Below, piece by piece: positions 1 through 9,842 of a stretch of 37,622 nt of DNA. Source of the stretch: Azolla caroliniana (taxonomy: Eukaryota > Plantae > Polypodiophyta); contig JBHGNT010000298.1 of the NCBI GenBank assembly GCA_043228905.1, positions 1 to 37,622 on the forward strand. The letters are read 5' to 3'. How positions within the stretch are numbered: position 1 is the stretch's first letter; the number at the start of each line of letters is the position of its first letter. The notes under the pieces are model-generated. The model did no database searches and had not been told where the DNA came from. It saw only the letters and a program-made list of their open reading frames with translations. A program made the translations under genes and the position numbers.

Positions 1-3000
1 AGCACTTTTAGGTGTCATCGAGTTCTTGCCTCTGCTCTCTTAGATTCAGGAGCCAACTCTTGTTTTATGGACAAATAATTTGGTTTATCCGAGAAAATCC
101 TATTGAAAAACCTCCCTTGCCCTGCATCTTTTGTAGTCATTGATGGTCGCCCTATTTCATCTGGGAATATAGTTGAAGAATCTGAGCCAATTTGAGTAGT
201 TCTTGGTAGCTTTGCTTGTATGATTTCCTTCAATATAATTAGTATCCCTGAGCATCCAGTTATCCTTGGTTTGCCTTGGTTTGAACTCCACAATTCTGAA
301 ATTGACTGGAGAAATCGAACAATCAATGATTTCCAGCAGAAACCCGAATCCAGCTGCCTTGTTACTACCAACCAAGATTCAAAGCCTCACCAAATCTCGC
401 CCATCTCTCTACAAAAATTACGAGAAGACGGGAAAACAAATGAAATGCTTGTTTTTGCAGTAATAGCAAACCCATCCTCTAGCTCGCAAGGGGCAAGTAC
501 TCCCCTCCCTACCAAGTACTTGGATTTTGAAGACATCTTCAACAAAGCTAAAGCTAGTTCTCTCCTAGACCATCGGCCTTATGATTGTCCTATCGATCTA
601 CAACCTGGGAAAGAGCCACCATGGGGCCCAATATCTAATCTATCACCTTCCGAACTCAAGGCCCTTCGAGAGTATATAGACAAGCACTTAGCAAATGGAT
701 TCATTCGACATTCTAAAAGCCCTGCTGGTGCACCCATCTTCTTTGTCAAGAAGAAAGATGGATCTCTACGACTGGTCATGGACTATCGGGGTCTAAACAA
801 AATCACAGTTCGAAATAGATATGCTCTACCCTTGATTTCAAGTTTACTAGAGCATCTTAGTGGAGCAAAAGTTTTCACGAAGCTAGATCTTCAAGGTGCA
901 TATAACCTTGTTCGGATACATCCAGGAGATGAATGGAAGACAGCATTCCGTACTCGATACGGACATTTCGAGTACATAGTTATGCCTTTTGGTCTCACGA
1001 ATGCGCCCACGGTTTTTCAACACATGGCGAATGATATTTTCCGCGATTTTTTGGATTCATTCACCATAGTATATGTTGATGACATCTTGATCTACTTGAA
1101 AACTCAAGAAGAGCATGACATACATGTCCGCCAAGTCTTCCAACACTTACGAGAATATGGGCTCTATGCCAAAGTTGAGAAATGTAGCTTTGATCAAAAC
1201 CACGTGGAGTTTCTGGGGTATGTGGTTTCACAACAAGGTATATCTATGGATCCGTCTAAGGTTCAGACTATTCTAAACTAGCAACCACCTCGTTCAGTGC
1301 GTGATGTTCAATGTTTCTTAGGATTTGCAAATTTTTACCACAAATTTATCAAGAATTATTCAAACACTGTGATGCCTCTCACAAAGCTTACACGAAAGAA
1401 CAAGTCGTTCACATGGAGTTCTAGTGCAACCAAAGCTTTTGAAAGCCTAAAGAGCGCATTCACTTCTGCTCCAATTCTACTTCATGCTGACCTAGAAAAA
1501 TCATTTATCATCGAGGCGGATGCGTCTGATTTTGCCCTAGGAAGTATCTTGTCACAGACAAGAGATGATGGGAAGCTACATCCAATTGCTTTCCATTCAC
1601 GCAATTTCGAAGCTACAGAGATCAATTATGAGATTCACGACAAAGAGCTTCTAGCCATTATAGACTCGTTTGAACAGTGGAGACATTTCTTAGAAGGTTC
1701 TCCCCACCAAATCATTGTTTACAATGATCATAAAAACCTCACATACTTTCAAAGTGCTAGAGTCTTGAGTCGTCGCCAAGCTCGTTGGGCACACTTTCTA
1801 ACGCGTTTTGACTTCGTCATCACATATCGCCCAGGAGTGCAACAAGGAAAGGCAAATGCTCTCTCACGAGGATCTTATTTGGCTCCACAACCAGGAGAGC
1901 CCACATTTGATCATCAAAAACAAATCGTCTTGGGGCCTAATCGGTTACAACTATTAACTATTAATGCCTCTCAAGCATTTGAAGATTCAAGTCTTCTTGA
2001 TTCAATCCGAATAGATATCATTTCTGATGAATTTGCTCAAGATATATTGAATCATATAATTTCAAGTCGCGCTTCTTCTTCAAGCTCCATGAATCCTCGT
2101 AAAGATTATAACCAGTTTAAATGGGATAATGGTTTACTTTTTCGCAACACTCTTTTTTATGTCCCAAATGGTTCGTCTCGACTTCAAGTAATGCAATATT
2201 GTCACGACAACCCAATGGCCGGGCACTTTGGAATCCACAAAACTTTAGAGCTAGTTTCTCGAAACTATTGGTGGCCTCACCTTCGAGAGTTTATTGAAGA
2301 TTATGTTCGTAGTTGTGATGTGTGTTGTCGGTCAAAGATTCCACGACATCGACCATATGGGTTATTACAACCATTGCTAGTTCCTATTGGTTCGTGGAAA
2401 TCAATCTCGAGGGATTTTATTACACATCTTCCAATTTCGAAGAGTTTTGATGCTATTCTCACTATAGTAGATCGATTCACAAAGATGGCGCATTTTCTTC
2501 CATGCACGAAAACCATCAACAGTAAAGAAACTGTAAACATCGTTATGAAAGAAGTATTTCGGCTTCACGGTCTTCCGAATGACATCATTAGTGATCGTGG
2601 CCCACAATTCATCTCAAAATTCTGGAAACACTTGCTTGAGATGCTCAAAATTTCCTGTAAACTTTCGTCAAGCTATCATTCACAAAGTGACGGTCAAACC
2701 GAGCGGACAAATCAAACATTAGAGCAATATCTTCGGTGTTTCATCAATTACCAACAGGATGATTGGGTGGATTTTTGCACTTTGCAGAGTTTGCATACAA
2801 TAATTCAGTTCATTCCCCAACAGGGTATACTCCATTTTTTGCAAACATAGGATATCATCCTCGTTGGACAATGATGGAACATCCAGAAATCTCGAAAAAT
2901 CCTGTTGTTGAAGATCGTCTGCGTTAACTCCAAGACGTGCATGTTGCACTTTCTCAACATTTGCAAACTGCTCAAGCCACACACAAAAAAGCCGCAGATC

Positions 3001-3500
3001 GTCACCATCTCGACTCTTCACCAAAGGAACCGAAGTTTCGAATTGGGGATCGTGTATGTTTACTACGACGTAATGTGAAGACTACTAAACCTTGTGACAA
3101 GTTGGATTATCAACGACTTGGTCCATTTGTTATCTCCAATCAGATTAATGATGTTGCATTCCGCCTTGATCTACCTCCACAGATGCATCTACATCCGGTA
3201 TTTCATGTCTCATTGTTGGAACCCTACATTGGTAGTTCCATTCCAAATCGGGTTGTTCTACCCCCACCTCCAGTTCAACTTGTTGATGGCCTAGAATTTG
3301 AAGTCAAAGCTATTTTGGACTCCAAGATAATACGTAAAAAGCTTTATTATCTCGTGGATTGGTTAGGATACACACCAAATGACCGTACTTGGGAGCCAGG
3401 TGAGAACCTTGATAATGCCTCTAACTTGGTGGCTGAATTTCATCGCCAATATCCAGATAAGCCAAGTCTGAATTCGTCGCTGGCAAATTTTGTCATCAAA
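1..3500 (+). pseudogene. Element A pol pseudogene (protease, RT, RNase H, integrase, chromodomain)
   Basis: LLDSGA protease motif at ~37-54. RT motifs KTAFRTRYGHFEY..MPFGLTNAP and YVDD in ORF 220-1281. RNase H ADASDFALG and NYEIHDKELLAI. Integrase H-H-C-C and SDRGPQF in 1297-2850. GPF motif and chromodomain FEVKAILDS...YLVDWLGY...TWEP in 2937-3563. In-frame stops (76-78, 1279-1281) and a frameshift near 2775. Confidence 0.93.
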
Positions 3501-3512
3501 GGAGGGGGATGG

Positions 3513-3955
3513 TGTCATGTGTATACAAAACTAAATAAGCTTTATGGTGATTCGAACCCATGACCTCCTCAAAGAAGGCATACAACCCCATCCATTAGGA
3601 TACATCATATTGTATATATTAAATAATAAATTCTATTATATCAATAGGAAATAAATATAATAATATTATTGAAATGTCGCCACCTTGCATAGGCTAACGC
3701 ATGATTGCTAAGGGGCATGCTTGCATGAATGCCAATTGGCGATCATGCGTGCCTATGCATGTATCCAAACCATGCTATATAAACATGTATTTGACTATTG
3801 ATGAACCATTCTAGTTCAACGCCAGTCTTCGGCATATTCTTGTAAACGTTGCTCTCATTGTTAATACATTATGAAATTCTTCTTATCTCTCTCATATCTT
3901 TCGCTTCTCATTCTCTTCTTCATTTTAAAACTCGTTCCTAACTTTGGCCCTGACA
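3513..3955 (+). repeat. 3' LTR of element A (443 bp)
   Basis: Begins TGTCA directly after the purine tract AAAGGAGGGGGATGG and ends TGACA where copia B sequence resumes. TATATAAA at 3776-3783. The partner LTR is outside the window. Confidence 0.85.
3545..3605 (-). promoter_or_regulatory. tRNA-like Pol III A-box/B-box module in the LTR of element A
   Basis: Minus strand reads TATCCTAATGG (A-box-like, 1 mismatch)...GGAGGTC-ATGGGTTCGAATCACCAT (variable loop, B-box and T-arm). TTTT follows downstream (+ strand AAAA at 3527-3530). It is not a complete cloverleaf. Confidence 0.55.
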
Positions 3956-6120
3956 CGCTATCACGCCGAATATCCGGATGTGCGATAAGTCTGGCTTCTT
4001 TCCGAAGTATTTTTCGTGCGGAGTGACCTCGTGCACGCCGGATGTTGTGCACCAGTTCATTAGGTAGACGACCGTATTTGCAGCTTCGGCCCAATATGAC
4101 TTGGGCATATGCTTCTCGTTCATCATGGCCTGCGCTACTTCGAGGATGTGCTGATTTTTGCGCTCGGCTACTCCGTTTTGTTGCAGAGTGTGTCGGCAAG
4201 TGAATTCTCGCTGAATTCCTTCCTTTCGGAGATACGTCATGAAATCGTCCGAGAAGTACTCCTTGTCACCATCCAATCGAAGGCATCGTACATGTCGGCC
4301 CGTGGCTTTCTCGACTTCATTCTTGAAATTTTGGAAGTGTCCGAACACTTCGCTGTTTTGCCACATCGGGTAGATCCAAGTGTGCCTAGAGAAGTCGTCG
4401 ATGAAGAGCACGTAATATCGGCATCCGCCGAATGTAGCCATCTGCGCCGGTCCCCATACGTCGGAATGGACTACGTCGAGTAGACCTTTGCTCACGTTCC
4501 GCTCTTTCGGGAATGGGTGTCGGTGTTGCTTGCTGAATTGGCACGCTTCGCATACACCTTCAATCTCCTTCTCTTTGAATGTCGGGAGTCCGATGACGAC
4601 TCCTTTCGATTTCATTGCTTTGAGTTTGTTGAGATTGATGTGGCCGATTCGCTTGTGGCATAGCCTATGTCGGAGTCGGCTTTCGTGCTTTTCGCGAACA
4701 TGGCGGATTTCATCTCGTGTGAATCGAGAATGACCATCCGGCCCTCTCTTCGTCCGCGTGCAATGAGTCGGCCCTCTTTTTCGATGAAGCAACCGCCTTG
4801 ATTAAATCGAACTTGCATCCCTTGCTCTACACTTTGGCCAACGGAGACCAAATTCTTCGTAATGGTTGGTACATGCAAGACATTTTTAATGTAATTTTGC
4901 TTACCTTCTTTTCCGAACGGAACATTGCCGATGTGTCGAATTGGGTGCGTAGTGTCATCTCCGGTTTCGACATAACCGGGTCGCTCCGGCTCTCGAAGTT
5001 CGAGAAACCATTCTTTATGAGATGTCATATGGTTTGAGGCTTCGGAGTCAACAAACCATACGTCCTCCGGATTGAGGGCACTAGTTGAGGTATAGGCCGA
5101 CATAGAGTTTGCTCTATGTTTCATCATGAACATTCCGCCACGGTCGGAGTTGTATGTGTACATTCCACCACGATCCTCATAGTCGAAGTTGTGCCTGTAC
5201 ATTCCGCTATACTCTTCGTAGTTGGAATTGTGCACGTAATTCGCGAGTTGTCGGCTTGTGGAAGCCGATTCACGCATCTTCTTTCGGCACTCTTCTTCGT
5301 GGTGGCCGAGCTTTCCAAAATATCCGCATTCGGTTGCATTTTGACGGCTCAGGCCGGAGTGGAAGCTCCCCCTTCTTGCGAAGGTTCCTCGTTGGCTTCC
5401 ATTTTGCGGCTGAAATTGGGAGTTGTTATTGTAGGTCGGACCTCGTCCGCCTTGTCCTTGGCCGAATCGGCCTCTCGACCGTCCGCGTCCTCTTCCTTTG
5501 TTCGAGTGCGTGTAGAGCATGTGGCCTTCCGACTCATTGCTCCTTGTACGCACGTGGTTTTCTTCGACCAATAGCATTGATTGGAGCTCGAAGAAGGAGG
5601 GAGATTTCTCCCGTGCTAGAACGGCGGTTCGCATCGCGCCGAACCGTGGTGCGAGGCCGCCGAGGCATATTTGAACCATCTCATCATCATCGATATTTAC
5701 GCTTATTGAGCCGAGCTAATCGCAAAGCTCCTTGATCTTCAAGGTGTATGTCGTAATGGACATGTCCCTTTGTTGAATGTTGTTCAACTCTTGGCGGAGT
5801 TAAAGTCGTCTTGCAGTTGTGTTCGCCGCGAAAATCTTTCGTAGATTTTCCCATGCCTCCTTCGGCATCTTGGCTTCACGAATGTAGCAGAGCATGTGAT
5901 CGTGAACACATGTCGCCAAGCAATACATCATGCGGCTTGCGGCTTGCTCCCATGTCGCGTATCCGGGAGCCGCTTCGGCGGGTCGGTCTTCATGCGCTCC
6001 TTTGATGTAGCTCCAATAGCCTTGTTCGACAAGGTATAGGTGCATCTTGTACTCCCAAGATGCGAAGTTGTTTCGATCCAACTTCTCGGTATGGAGAGCA
6101 CTCCCCATTTGAGTATTCAT
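3956..6120 (-). pseudogene. Element B gag-pol pseudogene (gag, zinc knuckle, protease, GAG-pre-integrase, integrase)
   Basis: TEKLDRNNFASWEYKM gag N-terminus, degenerate knuckle CGYFGKLGHHEEEC, protease WFVDSEASNHMT, integrase VHSDVWGP/FIDDFSR/QQNGVAERKN. Split over ORFs 5800-6120, 4612-5679 and 3938-4792 by stops and frameshifts. Confidence 0.92.
5131..5238. repeat. Degenerate 3x tandem repeat (30/39/39 bp) in the B gag-protease linker
   Basis: Units start CATTCC at 5131, 5161 and 5200. Peptide reads HNSNYEEYSGMY-RHNFDYEDRGGMY-TYNSDRGGMF. Confidence 0.7.
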
Positions 6121-6212
6121 TATGTCGATTCTTCTTCTTCTTCTTCTCTCTTTGAATGCGAGCTATGTAGCAAAGCTACGATAGCGATGAGCCGGTTCTT
6201 GGTCGTCAGCGT

Positions 6213-6471
6213 TGTCGTGAAGATCCGTCACTACGCGCGGATCGTGAGGCAGAACCGCCGGGGTTCTAGACTAGAAGGATTTAGATTCGATACAAGCTTT
6301 GGCGAGGAAGTACTTAAGATAGATTGGGAAAAAGAGAAGATGAGATTACACGATTGATTTCAAAACGAATTTCTTCCTCTTAATTTTCATACCAAAAACA
6401 CCGTGTTTTTCTCCTCTCCCTTCCCTCTTTTATAGATGCTCTCATGCATATGATGCATGTGAGGGTACAAG
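6213..6471 (-). repeat. Truncated 3' LTR of element C (259 bp)
   Basis: Matches 22735-22993 with about 6 substitutions by eye. The remaining ~790 bp of LTR, the PPT and the integrase C-terminus are deleted. Confidence 0.92.
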
Positions 6472-8675
6472 GGTACTTCCTTGTTGTACTGTGTTGATTG
6501 TCAAGGGTGCTGTCGTAAACCAAAACCCAATCCCCTTCTTCAATCTTCTTGGGACGAAGTCTATGCGTGTTGTCGAACCGAACTTTGTTCTTTACTCGGG
6601 CTGCCTTCATCATCTTTCGCGCTTTTTCTAAATCTTCAGGTCTTCTTTCAAGTTGCCTTATCCGCGCCGCTAATAACTATTCTCGGCTCATCTCGTTCTC
6701 CCACGGTATCGCTACCCATGAGGCGATCGTTCTTTCAATGGGCATAATCGGCTTTTGTCCATACATAAGCTCCGTCGGCATATACCCTGTCACCGAGCTA
6801 TGTGTCGTTCTATCGGCCCACAAGGCATAGGGTAATAGTCGTGGCCAATTCCCGACTCGACCGTTGCATGCCCGTATGATGGCTTTAACGATAGGTCCAT
6901 GCCCTCGCTCGATCTTCCCATTTGCTTCCGGATTGTAGGCAGTCGTGAGGGAGAGCTTCATGCCTAGTCTTTCGAAGAGCTCCGTCGCTTCGTGCGCGTC
7001 CAATCCCCTCGGTCGGCCACTATCTTCCCTACACATCCATATCGGCAAACAACATCTTCAAGTAGAAATTTGCAAACGGCTGAAGTCGTCTTATTTGTCA
7101 AGGCTCGTCCTTCCACTTGATTTGTCAAGTCTTCCCTTGCGAGCGCTAAGTACTTCATTTGTCCCACTCCCATTGGCATCGAGACCAGATCCACCATCCA
7201 TTTGAAGTGAATGGTGAGTGGGTATGTCGGCTTTAACTCATCACGATGACGTATATTTGAATATATTTGGCAAGTTTCACATGTGGACACGAAATGGAGT
7301 ACATCTTTGTACATGCTTGGCCACCAGTACTTCTCCTTCAATTTTTCGAACGTCGCCCATGTTCCTCTATGACCTGCCCAAGCACTCTCGTGGAATTCGG
7401 TCATCAGCGTCTCTTGCTCTTCTTTCTTTACCACCACTCGACGTGGTATTCCTGTCCTTCTTTTTGGATGTCGCCAAAGGAATCCTCCCTTCAAGAAGTA
7501 TCGATAAGCTTTCTTCCAGATTCGTAGGGCCTCCTCCTTTGTCAACGAAGCATCGGTCGTCAATGTTCTTAGGAATCTACCGATGAGTAACCACTCTCCT
7601 TCGTACTCGTTCTCGTTGAAGGCGTGGAGGGTTTGCGTGTCCTGGTCTTCCGTCGACAATCGAGCCATCTTGAAGAAGTCGAGGGCGACATCTTCATCTT
7701 CCGAAACCATGTTACTTCCATTTGAAAATCTTGCCCTCGACAGCATGTCAACCATGGCGTTCTTCTTCCCTGCGATGTGACGGATCTCTGGGTTTAAAGA
7801 CTTGATGTAGGCAATCCACCTTAGCATAGCAAGATCTGGGGTCGCACATCCCGAGACCATTCCGAGAATTGGGAGACAATCTATCTCTATTATCACTTCT
7901 GACCCGATCAGGTAATCTTTGTCCGTCTTCACTGCCGACACAATACTCCAAAGTTCTCGCTTGACTTGGGCATATCTTTGTTGCCATTCGCTGAGAACCT
8001 TTGCTCCGAACCAGACGGCATATCGCGCATTATCTTCACCTTCTTGATTGATGACCCACCCGATTCCGGTTGGGCTCGTATCTACGGTCACGTAAATTGT
8101 TTTCCCTTCGGCATAGTCGGCCTTCCTTAGTGCCGGAGCTTCAAGAAGTAGTTTCTTTAATCTTCGCATCGCCTCTGTGTGCTCGTCTCGCCATTCGAAC
8201 TTTATTCTTTTCTTTAGTAGTCCATATAACGGTTCGGCGACATGAGCGTAGTGAGGAATCCATATATGATAAAACGCGCACGCTCCAAGGAACCTTCGAA
8301 CCTCCGTTTGGTTTTCGCATTCTTCTTTCATGTCTTGGATTGCGTTCACTTTGGATGGCGAGGGCTTCCGGCCGTATGCTCCACACAAGTGACCTACCAC
8401 CAAGATCTCCGGTTGCCCGAATGCGGATTTTTCTCCCGAAAATGTCAAATTCGCATCTTCGAGCCTTTGAAGCACCTTCTCGCAATCTTTCATATGATCT
8501 GCAACGAACTTTCTACAACCTTCCTTATCTTTCGATTCATCTTTCTCCTCATCCGAACATCCTTTTATCGGAATATCATCCAAGAATGGCATCGTGATGT
8601 CCGGAATGCAATTCTTCAAGACTTTATTCATGGCATTCACCATATGAGCCACCTAGTTCGTTGCGCCTTGGGGTA
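6472..8675 (-). pseudogene. Element C pol, distal part (RT C-terminus, RNase H, integrase)
   Basis: PQGATN*VAHM with a stop replacing the expected Ser, FLDD, TVDTSPTGIG (RNase H), H-H-C-C (HESAWAGH...CETC), IVADRG, TAYNPEANGKIERG. Frameshifts near 7000 and 6670. Confidence 0.92.
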
Positions 8676-8680
8676 AGGTA

Positions 8681-9112
8681 TGTTAAGAAAACGTAAAGAA
8701 GGCACTCGGGCTCTTCTTATGTGCGCGGCGGATCGTGGTGTGCTAGATCGTTTAGTGCTCAAACACAGACAGAGAAAGGAAAGGGGACTTACCTCTGTAG
8801 TAGCAAAATGGTTTTCTTCTATTACATGTAGAGCTCAACTTGCTCTCGTCAGTCTTCTGGTCTCACACTCTCTCTCAGAGTTCTCTCCTCACTATTCTCT
8901 GTTTTTTCTTACTGCTTCTTACTTCCTATTTTCTCTCACTTACTTTTACCTAAGTCATAAGTTATTACACATGCAGCTAATTAGCTGCCAGTAGCTAATT
9001 AGCTGTCACTAGCTAAATAGTTGTTTTACCTTTTTGTTCACTAGTAGCTAAATAGCTACTATAGCTTATTTCTCATAAGCATCACATACCATGTTGAGCT
9101 TGCTTCTCAACA
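8681..9112 (-). repeat. 3' LTR of element D (432 bp)
   Basis: Identical to 18940-19408 except one substitution and a 37-bp indel. Adjacent PPT CTCCCCCT at 9113-9120. Confidence 0.97.
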
Positions 9113-9202
9113 CTCCCCCTCAAGCTCAACTTATTCTTGCTTGAGGTTCTCTTCAATCTTCTTTTCCATTTTGCTTTTTAGCCATCTCATCAATGTCTAC
9201 AA

Positions 9203-9813
9203 TGTTGGGATTACGGTCCCTTCGGATGGGATGGTCGGATGTCGGAGATGAATGCCGACAAGCCCGGTTTCGGTTTCGGATCCGGATGACGAAGACCCCG
9301 GCTTCGGTGCCGGATGACGAATGTACCCGGAGAGCGATCCGGATGCAGGGACATATCCGTGAATATGTTCGCTATGGGCCCCTGAGGCCACAGTTGTAAA
9401 TAGCCCCAAAGTCATATGTGTATAAATATGACTTAGGGCAAACAGTTTTAGTGTTGCTTATCATTTTTCTGTTTTTCCACTCAAGAGGAGTGAAGAGGGA
9501 GCAGCCGTGAGACAGAGTGAGAGATAGAGCGCGAGAGAGGAAGAGGACGACGCCTCTGTGTATTTTCGCCGCCTGTGGCGAGGACAGCGAGCTCAAGGTC
9601 GTCGCCTTGGAGCTCGTCATTGTATACTTCTCTTGTATAGTGTCGTTTGGAGTCTTGTACTCCCGTGGTTTTTCCCATCTAGGGTTTTCCACGTTAATCC
9701 CTGTGTACTCGTGTGTTTCTCTCTTTTGGTTTCTATTTTCTGTTGCATTGATCCGCGATTACAAATGGTTGTGGCCGAGCGGTGAAGGTGAATCCAAGCG
9801 TTGATTCCCAACA
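9203..9813 (+). repeat. 5' LTR of element E
   Basis: Direct repeat of 13903-14513. TATAAATA at 9421-9428. Confidence 0.97.
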
Positions 9814-9816
9814 AAC

Positions 9817-9828
9817 TGGTATCAGAGC
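9817..9828 (+). promoter_or_regulatory. Primer binding site of E (tRNA-iMet)
   Basis: TGGTATCAGAGC, 3 nt after the LTR. This is the standard plant initiator-Met PBS. Confidence 0.95.
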
Positions 9829-9842
9829 GACTGTTGCAGAAA

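Larger units (their letters stand above)
1..3955 (+). mobile_element. Element A: Ty3/gypsy chromovirus (Tcn1-like) LTR retrotransposon, 5' part outside the window, inserted in the integrase of copia B
   Basis: Domain order PR-RT-RH-INT-chromodomain, then PPT (3498-3512) and an LTR bounded by TGTCA...TGACA (3513-3955). The sequence immediately after 3955 is copia integrase on the minus strand (HIRIFGVIA), cut mid-motif. Confidence 0.93.

Noticed and set aside
8729-8741. CGGATCGTGGTGT shared between the D LTR and the F 3' region (~25040-25052)
   Set aside because: A single 13-mer in non-equivalent positions with no extended homology, so it may be chance.
9193-9814. Short ORFs in LTRs duplicated at 13902-14514, and 8680-8994/18894-19253
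   Set aside because: They are duplicated only because the LTRs are duplicated and show no recognisable protein motifs.
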